Shown: positions 23,561 through 36,200 of the stretch, piece by piece | Layout of the letters: each line of letters starts with the position of its first letter | Position numbering within the stretch: position 1 is the first letter of the stretch | Assembly: GCA_030704615.1 (NCBI GenBank) | Contig: CM060731.1 | Coordinates: 93,930,001-93,994,000 of the forward strand | Source: Takakia lepidozioides | Lineage: Eukaryota; Plantae; Bryophyta | Length of the DNA stretch: 64,000 nt | Reading direction: 5' to 3' | Notes under the pieces: model-generated | Told to the model about the DNA's origin: nothing | What the model saw: only the letters and a program-made list of their open reading frames with translations | Databases searched by the model: none | Made by a program: the position numbers and the translations under genes

Positions 23561-26119
23561 TATATCAATATATGAAGCCTCGACAGGGGAGATTGCAAAA
23601 ATAGAAAAAATAGGAAAGTGGGCTCTGTTGGAACAATGACATAGAGATCTCCCAAATTGTAGGGTCTCTGGATGCATAGGGGATTGCACTTGGAGTACTT
23701 AGATGACAATGGACACTGGAGGTCGCACTTGGGCCTCTACATGGGAGAAGCACTTGGATACATATGAAATTGCACTTGGGCTTAGATTTCAATTGTTCAC
23801 ACATGGGCCAATGGCACAGGCTACCCTAGATTTTCCAAACAGGGGGTCTTTGGATATATAGGGGATTGCACTTGGACATAGATGACACTGAACACTTGGG
23901 CCAAGTTGCGAAATCGCCTGGTTGGCCACTTGAATACTATTTGTTCGCATGTTTGCACAAGATTTCTTCAAGGCTGAGACATTCCCATATCATGAGGCCA
24001 TTGCAGGTTGGAGGGAGACCAAGATTCGTAGAGGTGCAACAATTTAGTTGTTCGTGGGTGATACTAGTAGATGAGCATATGTGTCTTAGGTAGAATTTTG
24101 TTGGCAGTCATGATGATAGACTATTTCAAATGCCACACTTGTGCTTGCTGGTTTTCTAATTTGTCTTTTCCCTGGGCTGGTTATGGTTGCTTTATTTTTG
24201 TGCTCTCATACTTGGTAACCATGGCTTTAATGCTTGAAGTGTTTATACATTCATTTTCTAGCATGTTGGGAGTACTAACGGGAGAATGTAGGAATGACTG
24301 GACCAAAATGGACGTTACCGGCACGGTTTTAGATGACTGCAATTGATGGTGTCATCAATTTTTTTGAATTAACTCATTAAAACCATCAAATATATATGTC
24401 ATTGGATTCCTAGCTTCAATACGCACCCATAGCAACTCTCCAATCATGAATCCGATAAGAAATGACAACGTTATGGACTTTTGAAGACCACACAGTGGAC
24501 CTGTTTCCGCAGTGAATGGAATTACAATGGACTCAAGAAGTCATATGTGCCAATAGTCAATTCCATTGAAATTTGGACATAAGGTGGCCATTTTGGTCCA
24601 CATCATAGCCATCATAGGTATGGATTCGAAGTTGCAAAATCATTTGTCATTTGACTCATATAGACTAATATATGTAAAAAAATAGGCATTTTTTGAAAAA
24701 TCCATAGCTCATCTTGTTTTTTGGATTTTGGGTGTCAATTTTTTTTTCTAGAAGTATAAAAACCTATAATATTCAATGTCTAGGTGGCATATTGACAAAT
24801 TTTTGTAAACCCTAATTTTTAGTTTTTCATAATTTCTCTAAATAATATACTAAAATATTTAATAAATTATATATTTAATATTTGGGGTAGGACTCTTTAC
24901 TAAATATGTTCAGTATACCATTATCTATCACAAAAATAAAATAAAATTGGATAGTATCCTCAACTTTGTTTTTTTTGTCATGGACTTTCATGGAATTGGA
25001 TCTGCCGTTTTTGATCCACTCAACCCTGCAACTGCCCTAACTTGGTACCAACCACTAACCAATTGGGTTTGGTTTGCTGTTGCTGATCTGTGGTGTGTGT
25101 AGATACTCTGTGTTGCAATGGGCAAGGTCCAATGAACCGGGGTTCGAATACCCACATAGTACATTTTGTATACAAACTGCTGCAGCTTTGTTAGCCAAAA
25201 TTTAGATGTCATTTTGTCCATAGTATTCGCCTGTGATACCTATGTTAGTGATGGATTCTTCGTCTATTCTGTTTCCTCTTCTAATCCTTCATTCGTCTAA
25301 ACTTATGTGACAACTGACAATCGAGCCACAAGTTTTGAGTTTGCTTCTCATACAAGGGCCACATGGGCTATAGAAAGTGGGCCCAGGATGCCAGTCATGA
25401 TTAGTTGAAAATGTCTTAATAGAAACACTGTCTCAACTGGAAGATAGCTTCCACCTGCAGTTCCGTACAGAGGTATGCACATATTCGGATTTTATTAAGC
25501 AGTATCCCAACTTTACCAAATAACCAAATAAGGACGTATGAGTAGGATCCATCTGGACGTCCATTCTCCGGGGTCAAATTGAAGCCCCGAGATTGGAAAG
25601 CAAAGGAACCACCTGAGCTTAACATGAAGGACCCAAATATTAGCACCTCCAAATGGATCTCCAAGCAGGAGAGCCCTAGGTGGAAAAGCGGTTATCCCTT
25701 GTATGATCCATTTCACTGTGGCCAAAGCTGAGAAAGGAGGCTGAACTTGAAGAAACCAGGTATGATTGAACAATCCTAACGGCTTTGTAAATTACTGAAT
25801 TGCACGCAGGGAATCCATTTGGCCAGTAACGCTTTAACCTGGGTTTCAAGTTCAAGAACACACATGGACAGCAGCAAAAAACCAGATGGAAGAGGCCAAT
25901 ACATGATCTAGAACTAGAGCCCCACCGGCGATGGAGAGCATGGCCGAACTCTAATAAACGAGTTTTGGCTAGAGCTCCATAATCAATGTGCCAAACCAAT
26001 TAATGTTAGTGAGTTTGTCTAATTTTCCAGATTGATAAAACATATTTAAGATAAATAGAATTAATAAATATATCTAAAAAAATAGAGCTGGATTCAGGCT
26101 TCACCGGCACCAATGTCTT

Positions 26120-26273
26120 TTTTCAGCAACTAACTGGTAACTGAAACTGCCCAAAAATTGGAATGAGAACTGGAACAGCCTCAAAAAAAAAAATGGAACA
26201 AATTCGGAACCTCTTGAAATAATTGTGGAACCACAACCAGAGGTTTCTTCACGAATGCAAGAACCCCAACATT
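26120..26273. repeat. MITE-like repeat fragment; inverted relative of 27888-28062 (CAGTGTTG terminus)
   Basis: Reverse-complement similarity, e.g. CTCTTGAAAT..TTGTGGAACC vs GGTTCCACAA..ATTTCAAGAG. Confidence 0.7.
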
Positions 26274-28541
26274 GCTAATTTGATATGATAAATATTCATG
26301 CATTGTTTTGTGGATGAAGAATTATATTATAAAATATATATGTTGAAATCTCCCATAATAATTGTAGGATAGAAATATGATTGGGCTTTTATCAAAAATT
26401 GTTTTAAGATAAGATAAAAATATATTTCATACAATGTAAACATAACTTGTCCATTTAAGTTATAGAGAGGTCATCTTCAGACCCTTATGATATTGCTGCT
26501 TAGCATCTTTTTCTACTGTTCCATTCATTCTACTTGGGATCTCCTTCTTCTAAGAAATGCAGAGGTTTGCCTACCACATTTTGAACAATTGGTCGTTCAA
26601 GGGTTGGAGACACCATCATGGAACGCGTGCATTTTTTTAGTCTGCACACAGATGCGTCTTCTGATGTACACCGGACGGCGGACACCGAACGAGGCTTTTA
26701 ATTTGTGCTAGACTTAGTGTGGATGTGTAGCTTGTAGTACAACCACCATCACACCTTTTTGATTGTCTTATGTTGTTTGTGCCACTAGTTTAATTCGCAT
26801 CTTACTTAGTTTACCACATCCTTAAGTGTTGAGCATGCAATGATGCGCTTGTCACAAACCTATCGACTCCCTCACTGTCATTGCGGTGGTGAACGCATTG
26901 TGCGGGATGCTATAGCTTCAATTGATCATAGGCATGATTCCATGTTCTACGAGAGGAGACACATGTTCTTCCAATCCTTCATCACCATTTCATTAGATGG
27001 CGTGTCGACATTGTCCTTTCCCAGGATGGTTTGTGAATATTGCCTACCGTTGTTGTCATTGACCATACTTGGTCAAATGTACCTTGTGTGTAGCGTCATC
27101 CTAGGGAGCGGCTGGTTTTTTTAGCTGGTCAAGGCAAGGACGAGATTACCACGATCGGCATTCCATAAATACATTCCTCCAACGAGTAGTCGGTTTTTGG
27201 ATGTTTGCATTGTTAGTTCGATGACTTTCTTTGCACATGTGCTTATTGTACGACAGAAAACACAAACATTGGCAGTCCCTTCTTGTAGCCTTCTTTATGC
27301 AACGAGTTTCTATTGCATTACAAAGTACACAAGCTATGTTAATTTTGCATTAGGTGGAAGTAGCCAGGGCAGCTTCATCTTGCTTCCCAGTTTTTCTCCG
27401 ATCCACCTTCTTTCTTGTTGTCTAGTCCACTTCGGGCAGTAGGTGATGCCAAATCAGTTTGATTGGCTTTGTTATCTTTACATTTCCCTTTCTTTCCGAG
27501 CTTTATTTCTCCACTTAGAGTTCTTGTTAACTCTTGTATAATCACCTCATTTCGGTCTTTTACGAAGCTTTCTAGGTTCTAGTGGCCACTAATTGCATGA
27601 GCCCAATTATCGACTAGAAAGATTCAAAGGAATTCTTGCAATCAAACCCTAGATTCAATAGTGAAATAATGGATAAGGTCAGGATCCAGGTTATAAAGCA
27701 ATCCACAGTTGGCATCAAGAACCAACCTCTTAATGGGAGGGCAGGGAGATCCATTCCATTCGTGGGCCCAGAATATGGATGCTCCACCCGTGATCTTCTT
27801 GACCTGGGACTCTGCTTTGAAAAGTCCCCTAAAATTACGAAAATTAGAAGAGGTCTTCAGTCTAGTCTTTAGGTGTCGAGTGTCGTCCAGTGTTGGGCGG
27901 TTCTTGCATTTGTGAAGGAACCTTCGGTTTTGGTTCCACAATAATTTCAAGAGACGTTTCCGAATCTGGTTCCGGTTTCTTTTTCTTGAGCCGGTTCCGG
28001 TCTGGTTCTGGATCCAATTTTTGAACATTCCAGTTACCGGTTAGTTGCTGAAAAAAACCACCGGTTTTTATTTATATATTTAAGAGGGGGATTGTAGCCC
28101 TGGAAAACTTTACTAAATGGTAAGGAAAAAATAACCTTAAATAAGGCCATAAGACATAAGAACGAGGTGACACTCCGAGCCATAGAACTAAGAAGGAAAA
28201 CAGAAGCAAGAGCAAGACGAGAAGGGAACACTGATACCTGCTTATACAAGCATAAACAGGCCAGGCAGGAAGAATCGAACTGCTGATCAAAGAAGAATGT
28301 GGAAAAAGGAAGGGAAAAAAAGAAGGGAAAGCCTATCAGGCAAATTGCTTACAACCAAACCTATAATCTGCATACAAGCATACCAAACCACAACCTACAT
28401 ACTTTTTTACGCTTGGGAGCATCAAAAGAGAGCTGAGTCTTTGACTTGCCTTTCATAAAGCTTCTTTTGTGCCTCCAATTAACCTCGGCCTCTTCTACCT
28501 CTATAGGAGATTGTTTAGCAGTAATGGCGCTGCCACCGGGA

Positions 28542-30150
28542 GGGGAATGCTAGAGTGTGAGCCTAGCCACACGAGCCCAGGAGCCTGTGAGCCCAAGAGC
28601 CTGACATGAGCCCAGTCCACGTGGCACGAGAATGGGGGAAGGTGCAAGGTGTATTTCCGCGGATGAACACCCATTACCGCGGAAACACGGCAAACACAGC
28701 AAATCGGCAAACACGGCAAACCCTAACCCTAACCGTTAGCGAACTGCCATGTTCGTGCATGGAAATAGGCTGGGATTTTTTTTTTTTGGGGTCCCCCCCC
28801 CGGAGAACTGAGTGCGTCAACGCACTCAATTTCTTCATGATCATGATGATCATTGACGACATCGATGACAGTGTTGTGCGGGTCCGGATTTTGACCCCGA
28901 GTTAGGGTCAGCGTTTTTTTCATTGGCGATTTTTCGCCATTTGGCTGCCTAAAAATCCCCTTGGCAATTGAAACAAATGGAAAAAGAGGTCCAAATAAGG
29001 CAGTTTTCGCCAAAAACTGGGGGGTCTAAAAAAGGTCCTCGCCTGTGGACCCACGGGGGCAGCACAGATGTAGCCATGGCAGGCCCCATGCAAGATGATC
29101 TGACGGGCTAGATGAGGAGTGAGTTTAGGATTATGGGGCCTCCTCCGTTTCCCAAGGAGATGCTCGTCGCTTGTCTTGCGAAAACTATACACCTCATTTG
29201 TACCAATTAGCCTATGGTTTTCACATAGAAAGAGTTCCAGTCGTCCTATGGCTTTCAACTATTTCTGTACTTCACCTTCTATTACTCATCAACATCCATT
29301 TGATTCGCAAAATATGGCAAGGGTGGAAATACATATAGCCTACCAATTCGAGGAAAATTACCTAGAGTGGGCCACTTGCACTACCCTACACCCAATATAT
29401 ATAGCCACTCCTACCCCTTTTCAAAATCCCTAAAAAAAACCTTGGTTAGGGTCCGGGTTACCTATCCGGATCCGGACCCGTGCCATCACCAAAAACTCGG
29501 ACCCTGACCCGGGTTCATTTTTAAAATGAACCCAGAACCGGACCCGGACCCGCCAGCTAGGTCCAGAACCCGTTAAACCCGCGAGTTGGTATAGCCATCT
29601 TCCCTAGTTCACTAGTTGACTTTCTAGAGAGTTTTACTTTCTAGATAGTTCTACTATTATCGGTGGGTTGAAAAGCAACTCACTAGTGGGTATGGCTGCT
29701 GCAGGAGTATACTTATAGGAATAGTGACCAGAGAAGGTTGGGGCTTGGTGAGAGTGGGGCCAGGTGGGATCGCGGCTTGGGGCTCGTCTTCAAGGTGGAG
29801 CGCTTGGGGCTAGTAGAGGGTGGGACCAGCTGCGTGAAGTGCTTGGGGTTGGAATGCTTGCGGTTGACGAAGTAGGGCTGGGGGAATTGGGATCGCCGTG
29901 CTTCTAAATGGGACTCAATATTGTCGTGTTTGCCGTATATTGCCATGTTTGCCGTGTTTGGAAGTTTTGTCGTGTTCACTTCTTCTTCCAAAATATACGC
30001 TTCCACGGTAATATGACCCCCTCTAAACCCTGTCCTCGGTTATAGGACTTGCTTCTTCCTCCTCTAAACCCTGGGTTCACGCTTAGAGGGCAAAGCGTGA
30101 GCCGAGCTCCTAGGCTCACGTGGCTAGGCTCACGCCGTAGCTACGTCCCC
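28542..30150. mobile_element. Non-autonomous TIR element, ~1.6 kb
   Basis: Imperfect TIRs (GGGGA..GCTA..GTGAGCCTAGCCAC), inner inverted GGCAAAC/GTTTGCC repeats, flanks ACCGGGA/AACGGGA as a candidate TSD. Confidence 0.65.
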
Positions 30151-30299
30151 AACGGGATGGAAAGTTGTCATCCCACACGACCCAAGAGTCCGAAATTCTT
30201 CTACAGAAGATTTTGCTCTTTCACCATGAATTGTCGAAGGATGCAAGCAACTGATTTCTCCTTGCGTTGCCACACTTGGGAAGAGTTGCCACAATTACA

Positions 30300-31010
30300 A
30301 GCCACGCTTTGCGATCCTCAGACACCAGGTCTGAGTGAGCCCAATTCTCTGCAAAGAAGGCCTCACTTTCTAGAAAAGCACCGCACATCTCTTTTTCCAT
30401 AAGTTCCACAAGACGATCCCTCTAAGCGATTCCCACTGGCAAGAGTAGAAGACATGATCACCGTCGACATTCAACAACAAGGCAGAAGGAGAATAAGACA
30501 AATCAGGATTCCAAAAGGAATTAAAATCATAGGCCCTATCCCAAACAGCTTGAGCAAAAGGGCATAACACTATACATTGCTCTAATTGCTCAGAAGCTTG
30601 CAGATTGCAAGAAGAACATGCAGCCGGGGGATCAGAGAACATAGCCTAGGAGCATACTGTTGGCTATCTTCCACAAAAAAGCAGCCACCTTGGTTGCCCT
30701 GTGCTTTTTCCAGATGTTTGACCATACTGGCTTCCAGGTGAGAGGAAGGCCTGCCATGTGAGCCCATTTATTGTTTGACCATACTGGCTTCCAGGTGAGA
30801 GGAAGGCCTGCCATGTGAGCCCATTTATTGCTCCATTTGCGATCAAATCTTCTCTTTGGTAATTACAGAGTGTAACCCAGCCTGGCTGAGTACTTGAAAA
30901 AGTGGTCGTGCCCTTTACTCATCCAGATCCATTCACCAAGATCGAATTGCAAGAATTTCAAGGGAGTAGAGAGAAACCAACAAATGGTATTGTTGTAGTG
31001 CTGTGAGCCT
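30300..31010 (-). mobile_element. L1-type LINE remnant (zf-RVT region) with a 60-bp tandem duplication at ~30714-30833
   Basis: WSNIWKKHRATKVAAFLWKI..CSSCNL..EQCIVLCPFAQAVW..LWNLWKKRCAVLF. Confidence 0.8.
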
Positions 31011-31011
31011 C

Positions 31012-32032
31012 GGACTATTTGTAATCTACTACTGCAAGGTCTCCCCTATAGAGCCCCTGTCTGGGGGACACATTAATGTGGGGTCCACATTAAAGGCTCC
31101 TCATGTGGCCCCAACATTAATTGCACTCCAGCCTCAATGAGGCCCCATGCCATGCTATGGCAGCCATAGCGAGCCTCTATGCGCCTCCATGCTCCACATC
31201 CGCCATCCATGTGCTCCCTATGCTCCATATCCCATGGTCCATCCCATGCCCTCCTCAACTCATTTTATCAGTTTATAATGCAACAAAGAACATCTAGTTA
31301 CACGTTAGTTGGTAGCTCAGCTGGTAAGTGCACAATGTGTGACCAATGTAGTTTGGAGATCAAACCCATTGCACTACCCTGTGTGGATTGTTCGTGGCGG
31401 TCCTCAATAGTCTAAATCATGGGCTGTTGCTAACAGGTTTTTCTTTTTTGAAAAAAACATGTTAAGGGGCTGATCCGAAACCAAAATTGTTGTTTAAATA
31501 TTTGGAATTTCATACTCTCAGAGGAGAAAAAATTGCAATATTGGTTTCGGATCAGCCCCTTAACATTTTTTCGTCTGCTTTGAAGAAAAAAAAAATCCTC
31601 GGAGTGACATTCTACGATTTAAGCTATTGAGGACCGCCACGAACAATCCACACACGAAGAAGGGTAACGGAATGGGTTTGATCCCCAAACTGCGTAAGTA
31701 ACACATTGTGCACTTAACCAACTAGGTTACCAATCAATGTGTGATCTATTGTTCTCTGTTGCATTATAAACTGATCAAAATGAGTTAAGGAGAGCATGGG
31801 ACGGGTCATGGGGATATAGAGCATAGGGAGCGCATGGATGGCGGATGCGGAGCATGGAGGCGCATAGAGGCTCGCTATGACGGCCATAGCATGGCATGGG
31901 GCCTCATGGAGGCTGAAGTGCAGTTAATGCTGGGGCCACATGAGGAACCATTAATGTGGACCACACATTAATGTGTCCCCCTGGCAGGGGCTCTATAGGG
32001 GAGACCTTGCAGGAGTAGATTACAAATAGCCC
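31012..32032. mobile_element. ~1-kb foldback element (two ~480-bp inverted arms)
   Basis: Arms pair from CTATTTGTAATCTACT/AGTAGATTACAAATAG inward to GTTAAGGGGCTGATCCGAAACCAA/TTGGTTTCGGATCAGCCCCTTAAC. Confidence 0.9.
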
Positions 32033-33280
32033 CAGGCAAGGTCAGAAGGAGGCGGAGCTGGCTTAGGATCGCCCCAAAGAATACAACAACAATCCGTGCT
32101 GTCAGGAATGGAAGCAATCTTGGGGGCAAAAAGAATGCCATCGTGGTTTGGCTTCTCTGTTGGATCGGATTTGAGAGCCCTGTATGCAGTCTCATGTGAC
32201 AGCCAACGGATTTATGGTACTGGTTCCAGTTAGGTTCCGGATTCTATTTTTAAAATGTGTTTATTTAATCTAAATATTTGAATTTTTTTTATCAGTATGT
32301 GAAATTAGTTGGTACATTAAAATATTTCAACTAAAATTCAGGGACTTTGTTAGTTTTCATTGAAACAAAAATAAACTAAAAACCTGTAAAAGAAAATAGA
32401 TAAATTTTTGTGGCCGAAGCTGTTAATATATTTGAGCTATCTTGATGTATCGGCATATGCTAGCAATTTGATTAGTGAACCCAAGACTCTCACCAGGAGC
32501 TAAAGGATTGAACCCAGGATCTCATGTAGCTGAAGATAAACCCAAGATCTCATGGAGCTTGAGAGGTAAAACCTCCCGGCCAAACCCATGAGAGGTAAAT
32601 GGTATATCTTTGTGGGCACTCACCTCTCTTATCCAACTCACACACAATGCTTGATGATCTTTCAAGATTTATTGAGTCCCTAACGTAAGTGAAGTGATGC
32701 CAATGATGCAAGCAAAGTCTAGATGGTAACTCCCGGTAACTCCACTGCATTCAAATGTTCCAATAAACCCAACCTACCCAGCCATCCAATACTTTTTGTT
32801 CCCAAATCGCCATGAAGACAATGATCTTGATGTGAATTCATACGCCACGTGCACCATACAAAAAAATCAATGCCAACGTCAGTCACCTCCACGTCAATAC
32901 TCCCCTTTGCAAATTGCAAAATACCATGGTTACCATCTTCCCTTCAGATCAGAACTATATCTGGGTAAGCCGGCCGCTCGAGGTTTCTAGTGTACCAGGA
33001 CCTCAGCAGATCATCACGCCACCAGATGGGAACAGAAAAGCCTGCCTTTGCCAATCATGAAAGACTTCACAGGAGAAAGTGCATCATCTAAGAGTGGCAG
33101 AGAATGCACTGAAATTGTAATAAAATGAATGTACAAATGTAACATACATGTTCAATCCCTTTACAGCCAATACCAGAGCCTTGCCTCTGCACACGTCTAA
33201 TTTTGACTAAGTTTTGACCACAACTAAAACTATGGAATACTGTTTGCACACCGACATAAGTTCCAAACACCATCTTTGTA

Positions 33281-36200
33281 TTACTTGCTGGCTATCTCAG
33301 AACTATGGAGGATATGTGTGTCATAGTCAAATGACGCTGTCAGCCATAGCCGCCTCACCTGTGCATCACACATCATTCGGTGAGAGCATACAAGGATGAG
33401 ATACACACACTCTAGCATGATGACTTCATCCTCGGGTGACCTTGAGTGTGTTATGATGTGGGTATCATCTTTATCCCATGTCCGTGGACATACTCAAATT
33501 CATTTGTTTACTTTTTGCATTTTATGAGCTCTCTGTCTCTAAGCTCTTTAGAGTTTTCCGCGGACATTATAATGTACCATTTCAGTTCACTTCTCTAATT
33601 ATTTTGAAAGCAGCACATCTGTTATATTTCTCTTAGGAGAAATTTGATAGTCTATCTTATGCTTAGTCTATCTTATCTTATCCCTTTCCTATGCCAAAGT
33701 GGAATTAAGGCTTTATGCAACTATCTGCTACTACATACATGGTCTGTGAAGACAGAAAGGAGATTGTATGTCATGCAGGTTCCTAATGAACCAACATGAC
33801 ATTTGATGGCGAACTAATCCCTGATAGACCCTGTAGCAGCAGCATACTGCAGTATATGTGTACACCTTCTACATGTACAAGGTGTACATTGACCTTCTAT
33901 GTGTACATGTACATGACCTTCAATGTACATTGCTCCTTTGGCTGGTCTACTGTAGCCAATGCCTTGTGTCAGAATTGGAAATCTGAAAATGAGAGTAAAA
34001 TTAGTACGAACCACTTGATTAAGTTGAGTCAGTGGCACTCCTTACTTCCAGCCACTTGACTCTGAAAAATAGAATCAGTGGTAATGTTCTATGAGCTGCT
34101 CATATGCACAATATGAATAAGGGAAAAATGACAGAAACAGTACTTCTGTCACACTCTTCTGACCAAAAGAGGCCTCTAGAATTTCGTCTTGGCTCTATAA
34201 TTCTGTGGTACCAGTGGCTCCAGCTTTGCTTTGCCGCTTCCTACACAAGTGCTTCAGGTGGTAGAGGATAACGGATCTACTCCTGTGACTCCCTTGCATG
34301 GTTGTATGCAAGTGGGGCTTATGCTCTGATATTGGCCATAAATTTGGAAAGCTATAGCACGCAAGAGGGCCTGCCATTCACCTCGCACATCCTCACTAAA
34401 CCACATCATATACTTGTGGTGTTTTTTGGGACAGGTGCAGGTGAGGCCTTCTCTTCTTCTACGAATTTTTGGGTTCTTGTCTGAATTCACAGAGCTGGAT
34501 ATGGATTTGTCTTGCAGATATGAGAAGGCTGCTTACTTGCAGTGAGCAACCAATGTTATGGTGCCACCACCTATGAGAGGACTAAAGAGAATAACAGTGG
34601 GTTGCCCCTCTCCAGAAATCTAACCTATACTTTGAGAGTTTCCCTATCTGCTAGGTTCATTATATAGTGCATAGTCACTACATATCACTATGAGGTACGT
34701 TATCTTATCATGAGCTCATTTCCAGAACCATTTCCAAGCTCTGAGCTCTTTGATCAAGTTTCCTGCAAACCATATGATTGGTAAGATTGCAATGACTTGA
34801 TAGAGGTGTTGTTTGAAAACAAAGTACAATACAATGCTGTTAGACATAGCAGCTATTTGGATTACACAGAACTTACTCTCTATCATGGAGCAGTATAGCA
34901 GTTCATGAAAAACCATGAAGCACTCTGCTTATCTCTATGGAAAATCTAAGATGAGAGGGAAACCTTATTACCACCCACTCCGATCACCTCTATGGATATG
35001 GAGTCAATGCTGAGTCTGGATCAAGAGGAAATGTGATGGTGCCTTCTTTGAAGGCTGTTGTTGTCTATATATTTGTGGTTTAAACTGGAATAGACCGATC
35101 CTTTCTTGTCAAGACAAGACAAGCCCTATCTTGTGTGTGTGTTGGAATCTTACCTATGTGAGGCACTTCATTCTTCAGATAGGTTTCAGGAGTTTTCCAA
35201 TTGCTCAAATCACATCAGGATGTGACTTGAACATATGAAAAGCTAGTTCTAATTTTCAGAGATTCTTGTGCAATCAAAACTCACATCGGATTGGATCTTT
35301 ACTCATAATAGCTATATTCAGGACCTTGTTTTGATTCCCTCCTTCCCCTAATAAGTGCACCACTGGCATGGATATGTTAGCTCTCTTCTCGTATGCAAAC
35401 TTACCCTCATCAGCTGCATGTGTGAATGCAGGTTAAGAGACGTAACACACACTTCTGACAAATACAGATCTTTGAGAAGGTGACTTGGACAGTTACTACC
35501 TCATTCAATCGGAGTTCGCTCAGATACAGCAGTTGGCTGCGCCTCAGATAAATGTCTTCCTGCATACAATGTTCAACTGTGAAACATCTGAAATAAGCCA
35601 GTTTCTAACTAATAAAGGTTTCACTCAAGATACTAGCTGAACATAGTTGCCATGTGCTTGCCATATAATCAGACATCGTCAAAGCATGATTGTTAGGAGA
35701 TCTCTACAAGTAAATACAACTTTACTGCTTCGATCCCATACAAATGCTTCAAGCTACACCTTAAGCATTCACAAGAAAAAAACCTCTGACCTCGCCATGA
35801 AGATCCAAATAGAGGGAGTTTGCCCTGCACACCCGGTCACCTCGGACCAGTAGCAACTGTGTGGTATGCATCAACAGAAAAATGCCAATTCCAGCACACT
35901 CTGAAATCCAACAATCAACAACAAATGTAACCATTTAAGAGTGCCCTTTTCTCAGAAAATTTGGGGTTGAACACACAAATGGCTTCGAACAGTCAAGCTG
36001 TCTTTCTACCAGGTGAGCTTGTGGCTTTCAAAACTCTGGAGATAATCACAAGCATCCACTGCAAGCAGCTATAGAAAAGGTTTGCCTCACATATTTCCCT
36101 TCCCCCCACAAAGAAGAATGGTTACTCCGTCAGTGCGTCTGACTATCTCTCTGAATAAAGCTTTCACTATTTCCTTGTTTTTCAATTTTATCTGCAGAAG

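Noticed and set aside
25400-27600. Protein-coding genes
   Set aside because: Only faint retroelement-like peptides (e.g. GSPAWRSIW) with many stops; too decayed to classify.
31311-31370. Functional tRNA gene
   Set aside because: Only box-like motifs; no convincing cloverleaf, and it lies inside a repeat arm.
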